Shown: one piece after another, positions 40,360 through 47,620 of the stretch | How the letters are laid out: each line of letters begins with the position of its first letter | How positions within the stretch are numbered: position 1 is the stretch's first letter | DNA from: Alphaproteobacteria bacterium | Lineage (GTDB): Bacteria > Pseudomonadota > Alphaproteobacteria > SP197 | Direction of reading: 5' to 3' | NCBI GenBank assembly: GCA_965228895.1 | Contig: OZ245842.1 | Location: 1,088,001-1,152,000 of the forward strand | DNA: 64,000 bases | The notes under the pieces: generated by a model | Told to the model about the DNA's origin: nothing | Databases searched by the model: none | Seen by the model: only the letters and a program-made list of their open reading frames with translations | Position numbers and translations under genes: made by a program

Positions 40360-41676
40360 ATGCCGAAGAAAGCGATCGACCGACTTCGACGTGAGGGTGA
40401 CGTGAAAGGCACGAAGCCTGGCAAAGAAGCGACCGGCGGCATTTTGCCAAGCGACCGGCGTGGACTGCTGTCGCGGGTCGGCGCTGGCCTGGCCCTCGCC
40501 CTGGGAGGTGCGCTCGGCAAGGTGATGTCATCGACGCCGGCCCATGCGCAAAACTACACCGGCATTACCGATAACGACTCTGGCGCAGCCCAGGACTCGC
40601 CGGGTTATGGCTCAGGTGGCGGCGATGGCGATGGCTACACCGGCATCACCGACAACGACTCAGGCGCAGCCCAGGATTCGCCGGGTTACGGCTCAGGCGG
40701 CGGCAATGGCTATACCGGCCTGTCGGACAACGATGCTGGCGCCAATCAGGATGCGGCAGGCTATGGCTCGGGCGGCGGCGATGGCTATACCGGCCTATCG
40801 GACAACGACGCTGGCGCCAACCAGGATGCGGCAGGCTATGGCTCGGGCGGCGGCGATGGCTATACCGGCTTGTCCGACAATGACGCTGGCGCCAACCAGG
40901 ATGCGGCAGGCTATGGCTCGGGCGGCGGCGATGGCTATACCGGCCTGTCGGACAACGACGCTGGCGCCAATCAGGATGCGGCCGGCTATGGCTCTGGAAG
41001 CGGCGACGGCTATACCGGTTTCACCGACAATGATCAGGGCACGTACCAGGACCAGGCTGGCTACGGCTCCGGCGGTGGTGACGGTTATACGGGCGTGACC
41101 GACAGCGATCAGGGAACCAATCAAGATCAGGCAGGTTATGGTTCCGGCGGTGACGGCTATACGGGTCTGACCGACAGCGACCAAGGCACGTACCAGGATC
41201 AGGCGGGCTATGGTACTGGCGGCGGTAGTGGTGATGGCTACACGGGCATCACCGACAATGATTCCGGTGCTGCCCAGGACGCACCGAACTACGGCACAGG
41301 CGGCGACGGCTATACGGGCGTAACCGACAGCGACCAAGGCACGTACCAGGATCAGGCGGGCTATGGTACTGGCGGCGGTAGTGGTGATGGCTACACGGGC
41401 ATCACCGACAGCGACCAGGGCACCTACCAAGACCAGGCGGGTTACGGCAGCGGCGGCGACGGCTATACGGGCATCACCGACAGCGATCAGGGCGCCAGCC
41501 AGGATGCCGAGGGATATGGCTCGGGCGGCGGCGGCGCCTACACCGGCATCACCGACAACGACAAGGGCGCGACGCAAGATGCCGAGGGTTATGGCCGTGG
41601 CGATGGCTACACGGGTATCACCGATAACGACAAGGGCGCTAGCCAGGACGCCGAAGGTTACGGCACCGGCGGCTAG
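40360..41676 (+). CDS. Tat-leader multi-repeat protein / candidate multi-core precursor A (15 cores)
   Basis: AGGAG RBS; PSDRRGLLSRVGAGLALALGG...AHA-Q leader, then 15 copies of YTGxxDxDxGxxQDxxGYG with Gly/Ser/Asp linkers. Confidence 0.85.
   Translation: MPKKAIDRLRREGDVKGTKPGKEATGGILPSDRRGLLSRVGAGLALALGGALGKVMSSTPAHAQNYTGITDNDSGAAQDSPGYGSGGGDGDGYTGITDNDSGAAQDSPGYGSGGGNGYTGLSDNDAGANQDAAGYGSGGGDGYTGLSDNDAGANQDAAGYGSGGGDGYTGLSDNDAGANQDAAGYGSGGGDGYTGLSDNDAGANQDAAGYGSGSGDGYTGFTDNDQGTYQDQAGYGSGGGDGYTGVTDSDQGTNQDQAGYGSGGDGYTGLTDSDQGTYQDQAGYGTGGGSGDGYTGITDNDSGAAQDAPNYGTGGDGYTGVTDSDQGTYQDQAGYGTGGGSGDGYTGITDSDQGTYQDQAGYGSGGDGYTGITDSDQGASQDAEGYGSGGGGAYTGITDNDKGATQDAEGYGRGDGYTGITDNDKGASQDAEGYGTGG
40555..41673 (+). 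repeat. Coding tandem repeat, 15 units of about 66-81 bp
   Basis: Units 3-6 are 75 bp; exact 88-bp duplication at 41170-41257 and 41323-41410. Confidence 0.95.
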
Positions 41677-41817
41677 GTCACAGGGGGTCGATCGCCTGGT
41701 TGATCTGTCGTGAGCGGCGTCTTGATTGCGCCCCGCCTAACCAATCGATCCACACGAATGCGTTGCAGCTAGCCCTTTTGCGTGCCGAACACCCCATCTC
41801 GGTGCCGTTCTAGCCGA

Positions 41818-41846
41818 TTGATGAGACCGGTTTGGCAGGTTAGCGT
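41818..41846 (+). promoter_or_regulatory. Promoter of repeat gene 2
   Basis: TTGATG-N10-GGCAGGT-TAGCGT (17-nt spacer), 46 nt before ATG. Confidence 0.65.
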
Positions 41847-41892
41847 ATGGGTGGGCACTGGGAGCATGGTGCCCGGTCTTTAGGGGGTATCG

Positions 41893-42765
41893 ATGTCCAA
41901 GCCATCAAATGGCCGGAAAAACGGTCGCGTTGTTGAGACGACAGAGAAATCAAAGCAAGGCACGAACGCCTTGGCGCCGAGCGACCGACGCGGCCTGTTG
42001 TCGCGGGTTGGTGCTGGCCTGGCCGTAGCGCTCGGTGGGTCGCTGACAAAGTTGGTGGCGCCATCATCCGCGTATGCTCAGGAATATACGGGCCTGAACG
42101 ACAACGACTCCGGCAGCGGTCAAGATGCCGCGGGCTACGGCACCGGCTACACCGGTGTCACCGACAACGACCAGGGTGCCTACCAAGACGCCGAAGGTTA
42201 CGGCGGCAGCAGCGGCGATGGTTATACCGGGTTGAGCGACAACGACGCGGGCAACAATCAGGACGCACAGGGCTACGGCACCGGCTACACCGGTGTCACC
42301 GACAACGATCAGGGCAGCTATCAGGATGCCGAGGGTTATGGCGGTAGTAGCGGCGATGGTTATACCGGGTTGAGCGACAACGATTCCGGCAACAACCAGG
42401 ACGCACAGGGCTACGGCACCGGCTACACCGGCATCACCGACAACGATCAGGGCAGCTATCAGGATGCCGAGGGTTATGGCGGTAGTAGCGGCGATGGCTA
42501 TACCGGGTTGAGCGACAACGATTCCGGCAACAACCAGGACGCACAGGGCTACGGCACCGGCTACACCGGCATCACCGACAACGATCAGGGCAGCTATCAA
42601 GATGGCGAGGGGTACGGCACTGGTGGCAGTGGCGGTTATACCGGCCTGAACGACAATGATTCCGGCAACAACCAAGACCAAGCGGGCTACGGCACCGGCT
42701 ACACGGGCATAAGCGACAACGACAAAGGCACCTACCAGGATGCCGAAGGTTATGGCGGCGGCTGA
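41893..42765 (+). CDS. Tat-leader multi-repeat protein / candidate multi-core precursor B (10 cores)
   Basis: PSDRRGLLSRVGAGLAVALGG...AYA-Q leader, then 10 cores alternating 21- and 25-aa units. Confidence 0.85.
   Translation: MSKPSNGRKNGRVVETTEKSKQGTNALAPSDRRGLLSRVGAGLAVALGGSLTKLVAPSSAYAQEYTGLNDNDSGSGQDAAGYGTGYTGVTDNDQGAYQDAEGYGGSSGDGYTGLSDNDAGNNQDAQGYGTGYTGVTDNDQGSYQDAEGYGGSSGDGYTGLSDNDSGNNQDAQGYGTGYTGITDNDQGSYQDAEGYGGSSGDGYTGLSDNDSGNNQDAQGYGTGYTGITDNDQGSYQDGEGYGTGGSGGYTGLNDNDSGNNQDQAGYGTGYTGISDNDKGTYQDAEGYGGG
42085..42762 (+). repeat. Coding tandem repeat, 10 units in a 138-bp higher-order dimer
   Basis: Alternating 63-bp and 75-bp units (last unit truncated). Confidence 0.95.
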
Positions 42766-42807
42766 TCGTCTGATTGGCGTTTGATAAAACGAAACATTCT
42801 CTGCGAG

Positions 42808-42828
42808 GTGGCACCGGTAAGGTGCCAC
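42808..42828 (+). terminator. Hairpin between precursor B and the JmjC gene (weak terminator or mRNA stabiliser)
   Basis: GTGGCACC-GGTAA-GGTGCCAC followed by GTTT. Confidence 0.45.
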
Positions 42829-42856
42829 GTTTGACCGGTGTGTTAGGCCGTCTGCA

Positions 42857-44044
42857 ATGACCGACACGTTACATTTCTCGCGACCTGCGGATGCCGTCGA
42901 CTACCTGCTGGCGCCCTGTCCGATCGCGCGGTTTACCGACGAGGTCTATGAGCGTACGCCGTTGATCATCCGGCGCGAGGAGCCGAGCCGCTATCGGGAT
43001 TTGCTGTCGATCGAAGCGATTGACCGCCTGGTCGCTGAGGTCGAACTGCGTGGCGATACGCTTCAGATCGTGCGCGCGAAGCCAAGAATCGCGCCACGCG
43101 ACTACACGCTCTCCAACGGCATCGTCGATCCCATCCGGTTGGCGGACTTCTACGCGGACGGCGCGACGATCATCCTGAACCAGTTGCAGCGCCTGCACGC
43201 CCCGCTGGACCGTCTGACACGGGCGTTGGAGGCTGCGTTCAGCGCGCAGTTCCAGACCAATGTCTATCTGACGCCGGCGACCGGGCAGGGCTTCCCGGTG
43301 CATTTCGACAACCACGATGTCATCGTCCTGCAGGTCGAAGGCAGCAAGGCATGGCGTCTCTATGAAGCGCCGATCCACCTGGTCTATCGCGGCGAGCGAT
43401 TCGAACCCGGCGCCTATGATCCCGGCGAAACGACCGACAGTTTCACGCTCAACGCCGGCGACGCGCTCTATATTCCGCGCGGCCAAATGCACGAGGCGGC
43501 CGGTAACGAGCATGGCCCCTCGCTTCACATCACCGTCGGCATCATCACCAAGACGTGGACCGACCTGATCCTGGAAGCGGTTGCCGGCGTCGCGCTCGAC
43601 GATCCGGACTTCCGGCGCAGTCTGCCGCTCGGGTTCGCTCATGCCAGTGCCGATCTCGACGCGATGCGCACGACATTCGACGACTTGATGGCCAGACTAG
43701 CTGACAACGCCACGATGGACCCCGCGCTGGCGGTTCTGCGCGACGACTTTGTCCGCCGACGCCGGCCCCATATCGACGGCGCGGTTCTGGCGCCACGTCC
43801 GCCGGTCGAGGCGACCACACGGCTCGTCGCACGGCCCAGCCTGGTGTGGCGCTTGGCTCAGGATGAGAAGGGGTTGGAGCTGTTGGCCAACGGGCGCACG
43901 CTGCGATTTCCCGCTGAAGACCGCGACGCGTTGGAATTGGCGCTGTCCGGTGAGCCGTTTACGGCCGGCGACCTACCAAACAAGCGAGCGCTTGAGCTCG
44001 CCCGTCACCTCGTCAACAGTGTTCTCGTGACGCCAGTGGCCTAA
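42857..44044 (+). CDS. JmjC/Cupin_4 Fe(II)/2-oxoglutarate protein hydroxylase (NO66/MINA53/YcfD-like)
   Basis: TNVYLTP..GQGFPVHFDNHDVIVLQVEGSKAWRLY, GDALYIPRGQMHEA (HxD...H triad), SLHITVG, winged-helix-like C-terminus. Confidence 0.9.
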   Translation: MTDTLHFSRPADAVDYLLAPCPIARFTDEVYERTPLIIRREEPSRYRDLLSIEAIDRLVAEVELRGDTLQIVRAKPRIAPRDYTLSNGIVDPIRLADFYADGATIILNQLQRLHAPLDRLTRALEAAFSAQFQTNVYLTPATGQGFPVHFDNHDVIVLQVEGSKAWRLYEAPIHLVYRGERFEPGAYDPGETTDSFTLNAGDALYIPRGQMHEAAGNEHGPSLHITVGIITKTWTDLILEAVAGVALDDPDFRRSLPLGFAHASADLDAMRTTFDDLMARLADNATMDPALAVLRDDFVRRRRPHIDGAVLAPRPPVEATTRLVARPSLVWRLAQDEKGLELLANGRTLRFPAEDRDALELALSGEPFTAGDLPNKRALELARHLVNSVLVTPVA

Positions 44045-44047
44045 ACC

Positions 44048-44908
44048 TTACCGGCCGGCGGTACCCGTGCCGCCGGACCATGTGGCGTCGCCGCCTTCGA
44101 AGTAGTAGGCGCTTTGCTCGTCGCTGATGCGTTGCCAGGCGGCGATCGCTTCGGGCGTCAGATCCCCCTGAGGCCGGGGCATCGGTTGAAAGTGGCCGTC
44201 TTTGTCGTGGCCGCGGACCACGGTAGCGTAGTCGCGGTCGCCCTTTGTCTGGCGCGCGCTGGGCGCGAGGAAACGCATGGCAAGACCGATGCGTCGCTGG
44301 TCGGACCGGTTGGGTTCGGAGGCATGCAGCGTCAGGCCGTGATGGATCGACATCTCGCCTGCCTTTAGCGGGCCGGCGATCGCTTGTGACTCATCAATAC
44401 CGTCGCGCACAGTCTGTCCACGGGTCAGCAGGTTGGTGTCGGCATGGGTGTCGACGTGTTCCAACAGGCCGCGTTGGTGGGACCCAGGCAGAAATCGCAT
44501 GCAACCCATTTCGCCGGTCGCCGGTGACAGCGCCAGCCAGGCGGTGAAGCTCTCCAAAGGCTCGATGCCCATGTAGCGGAGATCCTGGTGCCAGCTTATG
44601 TAGCCCGGTGTGTTCGGCTCTTTGATGATGAGGTCGCTGTCCCACAGCAGAATGTCGGGACCAATCAACGACTCCATGACGTCGACGACACGGGCGTCGT
44701 GGACCAGGTCATCGACTGGCGTGAAGACAACGTGCGCGGCAGTCCGGCGGAACTCAGCGAGCGGCAGGTCGTCGGGGGCATCCCGTTCGATCGTTTCCAG
44801 GCGTTCGCGCATGCGCGCCGCGTCGGTTTCATCCAACACGTCGACAGGCGCCAGAAATCCGTCACGCGCGAAGCTTTCGGTTTGTTCGGTTGAGAGGGAT
44901 CCCGTCAT
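44048..44908 (-). CDS. Phytanoyl-CoA dioxygenase (PhyH) family Fe/2OG enzyme
   Basis: WHQD, TAWLAL, FLPGSH, HHGLTLHASEPN, RRIG. Confidence 0.9.
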   Translation of the reverse strand: MTGSLSTEQTESFARDGFLAPVDVLDETDAARMRERLETIERDAPDDLPLAEFRRTAAHVVFTPVDDLVHDARVVDVMESLIGPDILLWDSDLIIKEPNTPGYISWHQDLRYMGIEPLESFTAWLALSPATGEMGCMRFLPGSHQRGLLEHVDTHADTNLLTRGQTVRDGIDESQAIAGPLKAGEMSIHHGLTLHASEPNRSDQRRIGLAMRFLAPSARQTKGDRDYATVVRGHDKDGHFQPMPRPQGDLTPEAIAAWQRISDEQSAYYFEGGDATWSGGTGTAGR

Positions 44909-44926
44909 GGCCGGAACCTCGTGCGG

Positions 44927-46252
44927 TTAGACGGCTGGTCCAAGCTGCAGCGGAGAGCCGTCGAAGAAGCGATTATAGCGGAATGGGTCGAGATCAACGC
45001 AGGTCGGCGCGTCCGTCACCATTTCCGAAACCAAACGTCCAGCACCCGGACCAATGCCGAAGCCATGGCCGCTGAAGCCGGTCGCGACGTAAAACCCCGG
45101 AATGTCGTCGATCGGCGAAATCACGGGAATGGCGTCTGGCGTGACATCGATCAGACCGGCCCAGGTGTGGTCGATCCGGACGTCTTCCATCACCGGAAAC
45201 GCCTGTTTCAGGTTGGCGAAGGTTTCGTCAATGATGGAGCGATCGGGCTTGGGTTCCAGGATGCGGGTGGACTCAAAGGGCGACGGCGTATCCAGCGTCC
45301 AGTAGCGCTGCGTGAAGAGCTCGCGCCAGAAGCGGCTACCGAATCGCATTCTGACGGCGTCGCGCTCTTCCTTCAGCGCCGGCAGGAATTTGCGGAAGTA
45401 GCGGAAGGCGTCGGGCACCAGGTCGAACTGGTTCAAGGCGCCGTGGGCGACCGTGTAACCGCCGTCGACCCGGCGGCGAACGGCGACCGGTTCGGACCAG
45501 AACGCGCCGTCGGTCACGTTGGGCGCCGCCGTCGTGCGCAGCACATTGTTCTGCACCTTCAACTGCGGCAGGGTCAGACCTTCGCGGCCGCACAGCAGCG
45601 ACGACCAGGCGCCGCCGGCCAAGACGACCCGCTCGCAGGCAACGCGTCCTTGTTCGGTCACCACACCGACGACCTGCCCGGCTTCGATATCGAGACCACG
45701 CACGGCGCAGTTGGTCACCACATGGGCGCCGATCCTTGCTGCCGCGCGGGCAATGGCCGGGGCCGCCTTCATCGGTTCGGCCCGGCCGTCGCTCGGGGTC
45801 GTCATGGCGCCTGCCCACTCGCCGGCCAGATCCGGCATCTTCTGCTTCAGCTCGGCAGCCGACAGAAGGTGGGTATCCAACTGGTACTGCTTGGCAAGCT
45901 CGTGCCATGTCTCGTACTGCGCCAGGCCCTTCTCGGTCTCGGTCGCGTAGACGACGCCGCCCTGAAAAAAGCCGGTGCTGTCGCCGATCTCCTGGTCCAG
46001 GCCGCGCCAGATGCGCAGCGATTCCATGATCAGCGGGATTTCCTGGTGCGCGCGACCCTGCTGACGCACGAAACCCCAGTTGCGGCTGGATTGCTCGCCA
46101 CCGATCACACCCTTTTCGCACAGCAGGACGGAGACGCCTTTTTTGGCGAGGAAATAGGTCGCCGACGTGCCGATGATACCGCCGCCGATCACCACCACAT
46201 CCACCTTGGCCGGAAGCTTGCTGCTTTCCGGACCCGGATCCACCTGAACCAT
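44927..46252 (-). CDS. FAD-dependent amino-acid/amine oxidoreductase (DAO family)
   Basis: GGGIIG, EQSSRNWGFVRQQ, WAGLIDVTPD, GFSGHGFGIGP. Confidence 0.9.
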   Translation of the reverse strand: MVQVDPGPESSKLPAKVDVVVIGGGIIGTSATYFLAKKGVSVLLCEKGVIGGEQSSRNWGFVRQQGRAHQEIPLIMESLRIWRGLDQEIGDSTGFFQGGVVYATETEKGLAQYETWHELAKQYQLDTHLLSAAELKQKMPDLAGEWAGAMTTPSDGRAEPMKAAPAIARAAARIGAHVVTNCAVRGLDIEAGQVVGVVTEQGRVACERVVLAGGAWSSLLCGREGLTLPQLKVQNNVLRTTAAPNVTDGAFWSEPVAVRRRVDGGYTVAHGALNQFDLVPDAFRYFRKFLPALKEERDAVRMRFGSRFWRELFTQRYWTLDTPSPFESTRILEPKPDRSIIDETFANLKQAFPVMEDVRIDHTWAGLIDVTPDAIPVISPIDDIPGFYVATGFSGHGFGIGPGAGRLVSEMVTDAPTCVDLDPFRYNRFFDGSPLQLGPAV

Positions 46253-46345
46253 CACCACCCCGCGCTGAACGTGAACGAGCCGCGCCTATCTTTCTCGATC
46301 CGGGATCGACAAAGCAAGGTTTCCCTTAAGGATTCGTAGCGTGGT

Positions 46346-46579
46346 TCAGCGCCCGTCCAGCATGTGGCGGAGTTCGTCGTCTTCGGGGAAACGGTGATCG
46401 GCGAACTTGGAGAACAGCAGATCGTCGCCGACGGTGATCTCAAACGAGCCGGAGCGGCCGCCCTCGATCGTCACCTCGGCGCCGTAGGTCTCTTCGAGCA
46501 GGCTTCTCGCACGGAGCGCCCTGGGCTCATAGTTTCACTGTACGCAGTATTCGATATGAACCTTGATCGGTTCGCTCAT
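46346..46579 (-). CDS. SelW/SelT/SelH (Rdx family) selenoprotein, CxxU
   Basis: Manual translation MSEPIKVHIEYCVQ(TGA=U)NYEPRA...GGRSGSFEITVGDDLLFSK...RFPEDDEL; in-frame TGA at 46535-46537 followed by a SECIS-like hairpin. Confidence 0.88.
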
Positions 46580-46737
46580 CGCGACCTCTCTTCCAACCAC
46601 ATTATCCATTTGACCATACATGGCCGCCAATAACTAGGATGTGGGCTCCTTAACCTGAAGCCAAAGCCGGATGCAGCGGTTCGCTCGAGCGACTGCTATT
46701 GCCGTTTGGGTAGGGACTATGGCGGCTTGGGCGACAA

Positions 46738-47139
46738 TCACGATGGAGCGGCGTCTATCATCTCGATCAACTGAATGAGATTTCCGCAAGTGTCATCGAA
46801 AACCGCCATGCGAACAGGACCTGCATCCATCGGTTCCTGAACAAACTCTACGCCCTGCTCGCCCAACCTTTTCCGCTCTGCATCAAGGTTCTTAACCTGA
46901 AAAGAGTGCGCGGGAATGCCATCGGAAACCAGCGCATCTTTGTAGGGTTTCACTGCCGGATGATCGCTTGGCTCAAGTAGCAACTCCGTTCCTTCGGGGT
47001 CTTCGTTGGATACGACCGTCAGCCAGCGATTTTCACCCAATGGAATATTGTTCTTCACCGTGAATCCGAGGACATCAGTATAGAATTTCTCTGCTTTGTC
47101 TTGGTTATCGACAAAGATGTTAGTCACATAGATTTTCAT
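46738..47139 (-). CDS. VOC/glyoxalase family protein
   Basis: DQDKA.KFYTDVLGF-type N-terminus, RWLTVVS, FDDTCGNLIQL. Confidence 0.9.
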   Translation of the reverse strand: MKIYVTNIFVDNQDKAEKFYTDVLGFTVKNNIPLGENRWLTVVSNEDPEGTELLLEPSDHPAVKPYKDALVSDGIPAHSFQVKNLDAERKRLGEQGVEFVQEPMDAGPVRMAVFDDTCGNLIQLIEMIDAAPS

Positions 47140-47444
47140 GTGTTTTTTCCGCTTCGTTTGTATCTACTGAGCCACGATGCAGCTGCGAGATGATCTTCGT
47201 TGATGGTCAACGAATGTGCTTTCGTTCGCCCCTTCCATGATGTTTCGATCAATCCGGCTTTCTCCAAGACATCGAGATGCTGAGAAACCGTCTGACGGGA
47301 CAAGGCAACACCATCCTCCGCGACTGATGCGGCGCATACCTCAAACAATGACTGACCTGGCTGCTGACTCAGACGGTCGATGATGCGACGTCGGGTGCTG
47401 TCAGAGAGAGCCTTGAAGATGAGGTCAAGCTGATCATCTGTCAC
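47136..47444 (-). CDS. ArsR/SmtB family regulator
   Basis: IFKALSDSTRRRII, SRQTVSQHLDVLEKAGLI; GTG start. Confidence 0.88.
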   Translation of the reverse strand: MTDDQLDLIFKALSDSTRRRIIDRLSQQPGQSLFEVCAASVAEDGVALSRQTVSQHLDVLEKAGLIETSWKGRTKAHSLTINEDHLAAASWLSRYKRSGKNT

Positions 47445-47454
47445 GATGACCTAT

Positions 47455-47474
47455 ATGCAGTAATTTTACTGCAT
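47455..47474. promoter_or_regulatory. Palindromic operator (probably for the ArsR protein)
   Basis: ATGCAGTAA-TT-TTACTGCAT 10 bp upstream of the arsR-like start. Confidence 0.7.
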
Positions 47475-47620
47475 GTCAAATCTGATCGAAAAGCGATCAC
47501 CTGACCAGAGCAGTGCAATGTCAGCAAAGTCCGCGCTGCCGACCTACAACGTCAATTGATCAGCCTCGGATGGTTTGCCGAAAGCAGTCATCCACTCTTG
47601 GTCGTTTGTGAGTACACACC

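Noticed and set aside
40555-42762. CRISPR array
   Set aside because: Repeats stay in frame, vary mainly at third codon positions, have no unique spacers, and no cas genes are present
40555-42762. Ice-nucleation protein (AGYGS motif occurs repeatedly)
   Set aside because: No TxT ice-binding motif and no strict 16-aa period; linkers vary in length and the core is Asp-rich
40555-42762. RTX (GGxGxDxUx), curli or canonical EF-hand repeats
   Set aside because: Consensus matches none of them; no type I secretion or csg genes nearby; N-terminal Tat-like leader instead
40544-42867. Alternative-frame and antisense ORFs over the repeats (40544-41098 +, 40795-41577 -, 42064-42867 -)
   Set aside because: Shadow frames kept open by the repeat; no RBS or leader, whereas the main frames have RBS, promoter and signal peptide
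46364-46633. 89-aa plus-strand ORF
   Set aside because: Antisense shadow of the selenoprotein gene
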